The position numbers and the translations under genes were made by a program. From the NCBI GenBank assembly GCA_002104905.1, contig MCFE01000292.1, positions 1-64,000 on the forward strand: a stretch of 64,000 nucleotides of DNA, read 5' to 3'. The DNA is from Basidiobolus meristosporus CBS 931.73 (Eukaryota; Fungi; Basidiobolomycota). A model generated the notes under the pieces. The model was given only the letters and a program-made list of their open reading frames with translations. It had not been told where the DNA came from and did no database searches. Positions 48,252-59,174 of this stretch are shown one piece after another. The stretch's first letter is position 1. Each line of letters starts with the position of its first letter.

Positions 48252-49013
48252 TTACTTGCGAACATTGGTCGAGTTTACCCAGCGGGACGGGGTGACAGTT
48301 ACCATCGAGTATATGCCTGGGCCTTGTTTAAGTTGAGTTACGTTTCCGAAACCAGCGAGGACATCCTGACCTCCGGCAGTCTTTCCTTTGATCTGGGAGG
48401 AATTCGATCCATCAAGCATGACACCAATTTTACAGCCAATGTATGTTTTCATTAGGCTTCTCACTTGGCCAGGAGTTGCCGACATTATGCTGACAAGAAT
48501 AATTTTGTTGTCTGTGCTTCTGTACCCAATTGCTGTCCTTGCTGAAGTAGAATTGGCTCCCATGGCGCCAACGCGACCCGCATGTTCACTCACAGTGATA
48601 TCATCTAGCCACTCTTTATCGGTGTACGCCTTATCCAGATGAAGACTCAAGCCGCCTACTGCCCATTGAATACTCTCCTTCTGGTAGCCATTAAGGTTGG
48701 ATATCACATCAGTAGAGAGGAACAGATTCCCGCTGGAGCTTTTGGTGCATATCATGGTTCCCCTGCTGAAATCCCCGTAGTTATGCGCATCTCCGCCGTT
48801 TCTTACGGGCGCACCTCCAGCTTTGCAGACAATTGCCACCAGGTCCTTGGTAGGCGAGTCCCGATTGAAGTAGCCTCCATTGCAGCCATAGTAGGATGAA
48901 GCGTAGACATTAGTGTTGCCCACATCAGCGACGTCAATGGTGGGGACATCAGCAACAATTGCTGTGACACTGATGCCTTGATAGGTAAATTGGTTGACTC
49001 GAGCTTCAGACAT
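48252..49013 (-). CDS. Phosphodiester glycosidase P10 (one A-to-V change versus P7/P9)
   Basis: Third copy of the triplicated block. Confidence 0.85.
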   Translation of the reverse strand: MSEARVNQFTYQGISVTAIVADVPTIDVADVGNTNVYASSYYGCNGGYFNRDSPTKDLVAIVCKAGGAPVRNGGDAHNYGDFSRGTMICTKSSSGNLFLSTDVISNLNGYQKESIQWAVGGLSLHLDKAYTDKEWLDDITVSEHAGRVGAMGANSTSARTAIGYRSTDNKIILVSIMSATPGQVRSLMKTYIGCKIGVMLDGSNSSQIKGKTAGGQDVLAGFGNVTQLKQGPGIYSMVTVTPSRWVNSTNVRK

Positions 49014-50020
49014 GGGGATTGCGCTTGTCTAGAACACAGTTGGCCATGGCAGTATTTATAGTATGAGCAGTGACCCATACGCTACATTCACTGTATACTG
49101 TGGGGTGTTCACAATGCGGATTACAGATCCAACACCCGTATTTGATGTAGCTACTTCCCAAGCACAAGAGGGCTTGTAGTTTGGTGTGCGAACTTGCATT
49201 GATTTGATTTCGGAACTAGGAATGGGTCGTGTTACAGTGCCTTACAATATATTCAGAATATGATCAATAAATTAAGATACTACTTTTGGGAGGAGTGTGG
49301 ATTGAGTACGTATGTTACAACTTAATTGTTGGCACACATAACGTAATTCAAGATGGAATACTCGGTATTTGATGCGGCTCACAGCTATATCCAGTTTTAA
49401 CATTGATGTCTATCTTTGAAATAAGATAAGTTAAATGCTTTCTGCGTGCAGCTACTAGTTTCATGAAAAATGTACTAGAGCAATCTAATACACGGGAAGA
49501 ATCGTGTGGTGTCATTTCAAGATTGCGCAGTGGTTAGTTCGTAATTATTCATTAACTCACAATACGGTGCTACCCCAGGCTCACTTTGCCAAACCAAAAT
49601 CATAATAGTTGATATATCATCTGTAACTAAGGCTAGGTAGATCAGTGGTGTCACAGATATCATAGTGGTGGAAGACAACTTTTCTTGTCTTGCTATTCCG
49701 ATTTTGCTGGACAGTAGTTTTGAGATATCACCGGATGAATCGAGATCTGTCGCTGTTTATAAATATCTCTACATGTAGAACACTCTAGGTCTAGTGAAAT
49801 CTCATACAGGCTTTGCAATTGGCTACCTCTGGACCGAAACTGTTATGAAAGCCCCTATCACCACCCAACACTAGGGCGGTCGATTTGTGATTTTTTCTAT
49901 CACGCTAGTTCTTTCTTAAACATGAATGAGGAAAGAAACTATTTATTTGTTCCTTCAAGCGCTAGTGTTTGTTCGCGGAATCAAGAATTATCCACGATAG
50001 ATTCACCGAACTAAACTTGT

Positions 50021-50509
50021 TCAAGAGATGGTTTGCAGCATACCTTTCCGGGCTGCATCAAGACAGCCATCCATAGCAAGAGCATTCGCGCTTTTTGAGG
50101 TTTTGTAAAGATTCCCGATCTCTCGACCTTGAGCATTGTTGAATAGGTCCATTTTTGACTCAGCCGACAGGTTATTGCCATTGTCCTCATGACTGTCTGC
50201 CACTTTCTGAGCTTGATCTGCGCCGAATCGAATGGTCATCAGGGCATTCCAGTAGCAGTGACGGAAAGCATCCCCTTTGCCATAGTGGAGAGATGCCGAG
50301 GAGAAGTATCCCTTTGGGGCGAGAGCCTGAGCTGTCTCTTAAGCCGTGTCTGCATCTTCCTTAGCATCCAAGCAGTCAAGAGGTCCAATAAGGAATACAC
50401 AAGCCACCTTCTCTGATAAGGATGCATTATTTTGTCTCTTGAGCGGCACAGCAAGCGAGATAGCAGGAAGAAGCAGAGTTGCAACACCGAAGATCTGAGC
50501 AAGTTTCAT
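50021..50509 (-). pseudogene. Diverged DUF6973-like paralogue D2 with one premature stop
   Basis: MKLAQIFGVATLLLPAISLAVPLKR..DADTA*ETAQAL..GDAFRHCYWNALM..SHE..MDLFNNAQGREIG. The single TAA is codon 57 (50339-50341); the frame is otherwise intact over 163 codons. Confidence 0.8.
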
Positions 50510-52051
50510 TGTAACGGGGTGGTAATTGAATTATGGCACAAACAGACTTGAAACCCTTTTATAAATACCGTTGGCGTAAGGATGCGTGCTACATTTACCA
50601 TCAACCTGAATGCAGAGTACTGCCAAAGAAGTTGTGATCCGTGGAAGTATTCTCATAATCAGTTCCATGTTGTTTCAACTCAATCTACCCTGCCTTTGCG
50701 AAACTTTGCGTAATCTGGAATACAACAATAACCATGAGAAATGCTAAGCCATGTACAACACTATCATGGGCGGATAGCATACCTAACAGGTCTTTCTGGT
50801 GGCTGTTCCAAGCGATTACTGCCGTTCCAAGTTATATATATTGTGGTGTACACCAGACCCAAATACGCATTTTGGCTACTATGTACAATTGTAAATTCTA
50901 GAAATGCCAAGTCGAGTGATACTCTATCTGGTTGCACTCTCTAACGAAATAATTCGAGCACTGGTTGATGGCATTGTGTAGGGTATTTTAGGCTACGTTA
51001 CAGAGTTCTCTTATTGAGTTGGAGGTTTGAGTGCATAAATTCAGATTGGGGAATGCAGTAAACAAGTATTCATAGCTGCAAAGTCTCACACATTGCTTGC
51101 TTTTTTCCAAGGATCAAGATTAGAAATCGTAGATGTCGGGTATTTCGATCACGACTCTGATACTAGAGATCTGTTGCTATCTGGGATCCATCCATCATGG
51201 TGAGAATCTCAACCGCAGTTCACAGTGTATACGAAATAGCAACCTCTATATCAAGATACCAGGTATCTCGATTACTGGCTGTTCATCTGTGTGGTGTATA
51301 ACCTAAAACTAGTGCACCAGGCACAGGTTATGCAGACTAATCCAACAGGAAGTTGTCCAAGATTGTCCACAATCACCGTTAATAGTTGCAATCGGGCCAT
51401 TCTTCACAAGCACCCCCGAGCGGCAAAAACTACCGTTGTGAATAACAAGCAATTTCGTGCGCCTTAACGCCAATTGTTCTCAATCTTAGTTTTAGGACGG
51501 GGTATGCTGTTAGTGTCGAGGATAACCTCCGCATCAGGTTATTTTCACAATGTTGAACATTCAAGCCCATTTGCCTCAAACAGGCTTAGGAATCTGGTAC
51601 TACCTGGCCAAGCCGTCTTACAGCCAAACCTGTAGAGCGTGATCGGGGTGGGACTTCTACCATCTACTGTCTGTATTCATTCACTCAAGATCCAGGTTTG
51701 TATCATACAGTCTGGATTTGACACCCTTGTGACACATGATTCGATTACTTGATGCTGCGATCGCTAGATCCTAGATGTTCGCGTATGATGAGTTCTGGTT
51801 GAAATCATGGCACTAATGTGCACATTATTCCCTTTTCATTGATGCACTAGACTGCACTCCCTACAAAACAGGAAAGCCAATCCTGCGAATACGTACAGAT
51901 GGCGTTCTCACAAATGCTGAGTTAAGCTTATTTCGAAAGCAGTCACCTGCCTACCAGCATTGCCATGCCATTGAGAAGAGTAGATATTTCAAGGTATGTT
52001 TATTTGGGTTACGTTTTCGAGCAAGTGTCGATTAGTCAATTGCACAACGAA

Positions 52052-52549
52052 TCATGGCTTAGGGGCCGTTTGAAGAAGCCCACTCTGTGTGCCAGCTATA
52101 CAATCCGATTTGACTCTCATTCTAGCATTATCGGAGTTGGCTTCCTTGGTGGTGGCTGATTTGCCGATCTCTCTGCCTCTTGCGTTGTTGAAGAGATCCA
52201 TGGATGAGGCTGCTGCACTATTTTGCCCAAACACTTCGTGAGCATCACCGACTTCCTTTGCCTGAGACTCACCAATACTAATGGTCATCAACGCACTCCA
52301 ATAGCAGTGACGGAACGCATCAGCTTTACCATTTACGTCGGAACCGACTGGGAATGTTTTATCGTTTATCAATGCCTGGGTGGTGTCCAAAGCCGTACTG
52401 GTGTCACGGGCAACCGAAATGCAGTCGAAGATGCCAACTTGGACAGCGCAGTTCCATCCTTCAGCCCACGATTTTTTATGCAACGGAGCCGCTGACGCCC
52501 AAGGAAGGGTGATTAGTGCAAGAGCGCCGATTAGAGTGAATGACTTCAT
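52052..52549 (-). CDS. Small secreted DUF6973-like protein D3 (2 aa differences from D1)
   Basis: Duplicate of D1. Confidence 0.75.
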   Translation of the reverse strand: MKSFTLIGALALITLPWASAAPLHKKSWAEGWNCAVQVGIFDCISVARDTSTALDTTQALINDKTFPVGSDVNGKADAFRHCYWSALMTISIGESQAKEVGDAHEVFGQNSAAASSMDLFNNARGREIGKSATTKEANSDNARMRVKSDCIAGTQSGLLQTAPKP

Positions 52550-53699
52550 TGTGTTTACTGCCGGAAGTTAGAAGAAGGCTGTGTTAGTGAGGCTTTACTC
52601 CGTTCTTCGGTCCATTTATAGCTGATAGGCAGAAAAGAATTGTCAGACAGTATCAGGATCCTCTTTATTGGTGTTGGATCGCTTATGTTGGGCCAATATG
52701 TTCTGTGAAACGATGGCATTTGCAATGCGAACTCTGATACCCCAGAGAGGGACCCTTTGTTGACTGAGCTGCATGTCGGGTGGCAGAATTCGGAAAACAT
52801 ATCAGAGCTGCTCTGCGAGCTGGTGGGAAGGTCTTTCGAAGTAGTCAATTACTAGATACTGAGTCATTGCTAGTATCCATACCTTAGTTTACCCCCTTGA
52901 TGTATCACAATTATGGAGATTGGTGGCAACGACTGCGTTCATTGTAGAACATTCGAAGCCTTATTGTGATGTACCGAAAATAGATTGAAGATTGTGGTCA
53001 TTCATACTCTTTATAGTCAGTGTGCACTATTTGTGAAGCATCCAATGAAGGCTTTACTTGAACCGTCATCCGAGGGGACTTTCGTGATCTGAGATTCGGC
53101 TCCAGCCATGACCTGTATTCTACTCAACCCTTGTTTCTTATCTTGAGAACTTCAGGATATATCAAGCAAGACGAGTGAGTTCAAGCTGTGTGCTACGCCT
53201 TTATGGGTAAATATTGTACATTCATGGCTTACGTAGTGGTTGACCTAAGTTTTATGAGTGTGGCATATTTTTGCCTGTGACCACGATACCAATTCTACCA
53301 TTGTAGCGTGTTCACATCAGGATTCGGAAGTAGAATTCGTCGCATCACGTCCTAGCTATCCTGATGGCATCGCTTGGCTTGAGCCTGTTCCATCAGCAAA
53401 TGGGCTCCCCTGAGAATATCTCCGGGAGATCCAATGCGAAGATCCGCCCTATTTCTAACTTGGCCAGCATATCTTCGAGTGGCGGAGGACATCGATCCCT
53501 CTTATTTTCAGTATGCCGCTAAATTTCACTTCTGCTCAGAATAGCACTGTCACAATGCATGCTAATTTCGTATCGCAAAATATTCAACATTAGTTGTACA
53601 ACTTCTATTTAAGTCTTCACAGTAACCTAGCAGTGGGGCTATTAATAACAACGCTATCTTTCCAGATTTCTCAGATGTAGACTAATATTTGGGGTCATT

Positions 53700-56600
53700 T
53701 TTGCAAGCTTGAATAACACTTGACCAAGTTATTACTCAACAATTGGTTACAGAGAAGTCTGTAATTTAATATCAAATAAGTTGTCTAGCTCATTATCACT
53801 ACTGTTTTCTATAGGCATTGAGCTGCCCAGTGTATATGTTGCCCAGACATCAGCTTTTTTGCTTGCTTTATCCCAGTACAAAGTCTGAGTCCACACAGTC
53901 ATTTGCAGCTTGGAAGTGACTTTAAATGCTGTCAGAAAGTATGCAAGTACTATCAGCAGACTTAATAGGCAAATTTGAATTCTGGCAGCCATGCTCTTTT
54001 GCAGATTTTGAAGATATAAGCAATTAACTATTCTCCAATATTTCCAAAATGCTGATACAATCTTGGCCATATGGTATGCGTAGTCTCCTACTGAAAAAGG
54101 TGTTCTCTTGTCTGCTCAACAGTGAATACTTGGTATATAAGAAGCTTTCAGTTTTGAGTAACTTGAAATTTTGCTTTCAATATGACAGTATTTTGCAGGC
54201 CTTTTTGTAATTCTTTTACTTGGAGATTTTCAGAGTGATTCTACCAAAATGAGTATAATGTTGCTTTACTATCTGGCTTGCTGAATGCAAAAGTGGAACT
54301 TATACTTTGACATGGGCTTTGGGGCTCTAAAAGATGCTTGGAGACATGGAGAGTTACTGGGAGAACAAGTATAATGTGTGGTCTTGACTTAATGACATAT
54401 TGAGTGTAGAAATAGCTTTTACTTTTACATAACCTTGGTAGAAAAGGTGCCTAGAATATGCTCAGGAAGGTCAATTTGTTATATGTAGAAGTCTTGGAAC
54501 TCTTTGGACTATTAGAGGCTTTTCATGTCCTGCACACAAGATATCTTAATCAGATTTTCTGAAGATATTCTTGCAAGTTGTTTGGCTTTAGAACCTCTAA
54601 GCTTGTACATTTTGATCCAAGTGACTTAATTTAGGCAACGCTTTAGTGTATCTCCAAAACCCATAACAGGATGAATAAGTGACATCAAACTTTGTATCAA
54701 AGGCTTGGAAGCCTCTGGATTACTCTTAGCTTCCCTCCCCGTACAAAATCTGAGACTCTGAACTTTTATAATCTTCAGCAGTTGTTCTACTGGTATTTTA
54801 ATGGTATTTTGCCAGTGTTCAGATGGTGTTTTCCCTTCAGGTTCTCATTTGCAATGCTTAGTGAAGGCAGTAAGCAGCTTATTACCCAGTTAGGTACAAA
54901 TGCTAGTTGACCTAGTTGCCTCCTGGAAAATATGTCTGCTTGACTGCACAATAGCTGGTATTGGGATATCAAGAGCTGACAGTTTTGAGATACTTGGAAT
55001 TCAGCTGATATCTTGGATGATATTCTGCTGGTGTTTTCTTAATTCTTTAGGGCTCATGTTCTAAGTACTTGAGGTCTTGAAAAGATATTCCAAGTAAAGC
55101 CCACAAAGGGACTATACAAGAAGTCCAAAGTTCTCTTTGCTCTGATCTAATCAAATAAGCTAACAGAGTACTCATATGTAATTTGCAATCTCTTGTTTGA
55201 TCATATATTGAAAGTTAAGGTAATGCATATATAGTTATGGCAAAAAAACCCTCTACTGTATCATCAAGATGGTGGAAATGTATTTATTATGTTTTCTCCT
55301 TGCTAAATGCTATACTGGTACATCCATTTTTGTCTGCTTGTCCCTTACCTGCTCTCTCCCAGCAATCTAAAGTTTGTTTGATGCTTGTTTTGGGCTCTCT
55401 ACCCTGCTTATAACAGGCTCCTGAGAAAGCCAGGGTTTTTATCACTGCCAGGTCCTTCACTGCTACCTTTACTGTATGCTTCTTGTATTGAACTAAATTC
55501 TTTCTTAATAAATGCTGCATTGATTCTTTTGAAGCTGCCTGCTTGTTCCTTACCAGCAGTCTTCTGGCTATCTAATGTTTTTTGCCACTTGTTTGGAGCT
55601 TTCAGCCCTGCTTGTGACAAGCTCTTGAGGAAGCTACTAGTTTTTAGCCATGGCACCTTTGTTCTGCCTTTGATAGTCTCTGCTATTCTTGAGATACTCT
55701 CTTACTATATCAATGCTGGCCCAAAATCTGTTTGTTTGCTTGAATCCAGGACAATGATTATGGAGCTGATCATTCATATACTACTAGGCCATGAGTTCCT
55801 GATGATCTTATGGTATGCAAGTCTTAAGGTGATGCCATGCTAGACTTCTTACAGCCTCTTGAATATTGGCCTACTCTTCATTATTGCACTCAACTGCTTC
55901 ATAGATCTTCAGTGTCTTTTGATTTTTAGGCTTGGGTATAAAAATCATATTTTCTCTCTCCCATGCTGTGATAGGTCTTTCTGTGGGCTTTATCTTTGGG
56001 CACTGTTGTTGTGCTTCAAATACTCTATGGTGTTCCTCTACTGTTACATTAGGAAATGGCTCAACTCTTGGCTGTGACATTGAGCTGCTTGAGTTCCTTC
56101 TTTGCAGCTTGGATATTGCATTCTCTACCTGAAATATTGATTGCTCTATGCATATTTCCTGCTCATCCTGTCTCTGGACTATTTCCTGCCTTCTCTGGGC
56201 CATTGCATTTAATGTAGTAGCCACTGCACCTAGTTGCCTCATAGGTGCTTTGGTAGGAGCTGACAACATACACACTAATACTGGCAGTAGTAATACTATG
56301 ATGGTCATTTGCCAGTTTGTACCAGAGGTACTGTGTTTGCTATGTTCTCATCTGCCTGAGCATTATGGTCAGCTTGCAGCTTGGCAGAGATCCTCAATTG
56401 CCTACATGACAGAGCCTGAGGAGTCCACATTATTACCTTCAGGGGTACACTCTCAATATGGCCTTTTTTGAGTGTAGCCATGCTTGTTGTGCTCAATGTG
56501 AAGGCAAGCTGTTGTCCAACTATTCTTCTGCTGCTGTCAATAGTGCAGTTTGGTTGGGAACCAGACAACTTTGACTTATTTTTTGGTAGCATATATGTGT
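53700..56600 (-). other. CpG-depleted, stop-riddled coding relic, probably transposon-derived and unclassified
   Basis: Long minus-strand reading frames broken by stops, for example NHCPGFKQTNRFWASIDIVREYLKNSRDYQR. Almost no CG dinucleotides. No diagnostic catalytic motif recognised. Confidence 0.35.
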
Positions 56601-56834
56601 AAGTGAGTCAAATCAAGTAGGAAGTAGAGCTGCATATATTGTGTATGTAGTACCACAGCTTTATATATAATGCTTACTATGGAGAAACATCATTGAATTG
56701 GACACTCATGTAGGTGCAATGTCTCTAGTAACAGGCTCTCTTATATTCACAAGAGTAGTGACAAAAAAGTGATACAATAGCATTGATTGTTGAAAGTCAA
56801 GCTGTTTGCTCCATTAACAAGACTACTTTGATTC

Positions 56835-57182
56835 TGTTGTAGGATTTTTGGAGATATTGGAAGTGATTGGAAGGACAAGTAGATTATGTGGTTTTCACTT
56901 AATGATTTATTGAATGTAATAGTAGTGTTTCTACTATTGAATGGTCTTGGCATTACAAACAAGTAGAATAGGCTAAGAAAGGTCCCTAGAAGATGTGTGC
57001 AAAGTTTGGGGCTGTTTGGACAACTTTGAGAATTTTCATGTTCTATGTACCTGGTATTTTAGTGAAAATATTCTAAGTAAATCCCAACAGGGAATTTGGT
57101 CAGTATTCTCTATGATTTTAAGGTAATGAGCTAAGTGACTAAGCTAGGTGAATATTTAGGTGGAATTTCAAGTTTTACAACA
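56835..57182 (-). mobile_element. Solo LTR (348 bp) of a copia-type family
   Basis: Termini TGTTGTA...TACAACA are flanked by a perfect 5-bp target-site duplication GATTC (56830-56834 and 57183-57187). Homologous to the LTR at 62283-62635. Confidence 0.85.
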
Positions 57183-57930
57183 GATTCAATGCCATAAGAG
57201 AAGGGAAAAACAAATATGTGGCTATTGTTACAAACCTCTCAGTACTGAAGCATGCAGACAGCATCAGAACTATTACAAGGATCACAGCCAGTGTTTATCA
57301 CACAAGTCAAACATTGGCATTCATCAGTTACTACTGTACTAAAAATATCCTATCTGCCACTAAATACTTCTATAATGGCACCTAGCCTTTCATGATCACA
57401 TGGTATGCTTGACCTTTCATGATCCGGCCAAATCATATTAGTGAAGAAATCCCAGTTCCTTCTAGAAAGCTCTACTACATTCTAGCAACTTCTGGAAAGC
57501 TCCAAGTCAACTTTACACAATGGAATATTCTATGAAAGCTTCCTTTGAGAATTTATGTAACTCAGTACTATATGTGGTAATTGCATGTCACATGACCTAG
57601 TCATATGATCAGCTGACCCTTGGCATATCCCAATGTAATGTTCTAGTCTGTTCTTTAGTATATTTCTATCTTGGCACACTTACTGTGCCTCACCCCAGAA
57701 CCCCATCAGTATTAGCCAATATCTCTTGGCATCCATATTGACACAAAAGACTTGTTCCATTGGATAGTGCCACAAAGTGCCAGCCTATATATGGTGCCAG
57801 ATTGATCTGGCACTCTATGGCACCATCTGGCAGTATAATTTCTACCATGATGCCAGTGGTATGGTACAGTTACTGGTAATTTTACTCAATCTTACTTATG
57901 TTGCTCAGAATAGTGCTTTCCTTGCTTTAT

Positions 57931-58815
57931 TTACTCTTCATAATGCTCCAGACACATTTCTCTCAGTGGATGTCTTCTTGTATGAACATACTGTGCATTA
58001 ATAAGTATCTTAACTATTTTACCTATTCTGCTGTTTTCTCCTATATATGACTTTCCTCTGTATTAACCTGCCAATATGCTGAATCTCTTCAGATATCCAA
58101 ATGTGTGCTCTACCCTCACTCTGAAATGGTTAAATATCTCATTGTAGAGCTTCTGCTTCTTGCTAAGCACACCATTCCTTGGCTTCCTATAAGCTGTAAT
58201 ATATCCTAATCTCTGACAATCCTCTCCTATATAGTCTAAGTCTGCCATACATTTCTCCCCTCTACTGAATTCAGGATGATTCTCTACCCAGAGTGCTTTG
58301 TCATGCCTACTTCCAGCAAATGGCCCACAAAACCAGATGATGTTACCCTCAATGTCAGACAGTGCTTGAAACTTCACACAGTGTGCCTTGTACTTGCCAG
58401 AATAAAAGTGCCTCTGCCCTCTAGAAGGTCTGTTAATCCTCACTGGGAAGGTATCCAAAATACTCCTGACATGGAACCTGTTGCTGAACACTCTGGGATA
58501 TGGAAGTCTATTGGAGCTTCTGAACCTAGTACTCCAAGCTTGCTCTAAGTCAATCATACCCTCTGCAAGGTGGTTCTCCATTGCTGTCAGCTGGGAATGA
58601 AAGCTTCTAGGACTTTTGTTGCCATGGATGGTGGGATAAAACCTTGTAGGGCATTAGTTCTTGTAATAGCAGAGAAGCTTAACAAGGGATCTCCTTGAGT
58701 AGATTGGGGTTGATGGTCCACAGTACTTGGAATAGATCTCCTCTAGTGTGTCAAAAGGAAATCCAGTGGTAGTGATGGGATTGATGAGAAAAGACCATTC
58801 AGATGAGTAAGTCAT
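57931..58815 (-). pseudogene. PIF/Harbinger DDE transposase (DDE_Tnp_4-like), two in-frame stops
   Basis: A 295-codon frame with ILDTFP, FYSGKYKAHCVKFQ, GSRHD, MADLDYIG, RVRVEHTFGYLKRF and a C-terminal HPLR. Stops at 58654-58656 and 58063-58065. Confidence 0.85.
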
Positions 58816-59174
58816 ATTAAAATTGGTGGATGATTGTATAGAGGCGGTTTGAATTGATTTGGTGTGATCTGCGTTATTTATCTGACTTTTAATACATTAT
58901 GGTTAAATCTCCATCAATTGCCGTGTATCCCATCATTATGTTGCAAAAATCATCCGCAAACAATGCCTTGGTACTTTTATTGATGCTTTAATCCTAGGTC
59001 TATAATCAAATAGGAAATCTGCAATTGATGAGATCTGATCTGTGTCAATGTGATCCAAGATGCATCATGCATAACATATGGAAAATTCAACAATCACATT
59101 AGTTTTCATATATATTTCACATAAGACCAGGTTGATGCCAATATACTGCTGTATAAGTAACCAAATCCATTGCT

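Noticed and set aside
1-53200. Bacterial contig or contamination, given the bacterial-like domains
   Set aside because: Conserved spliceosomal introns, TATA boxes, low gene density, no operon spacing and eukaryotic transposons all indicate a eukaryotic locus.
53747-55200. Possible reverse transcriptase or tyrosine recombinase in the CpG-depleted relic
   Set aside because: There is only vague resemblance (QAANDC; W..DVWATY), with no intact YxDD or R-H-R-Y pattern.
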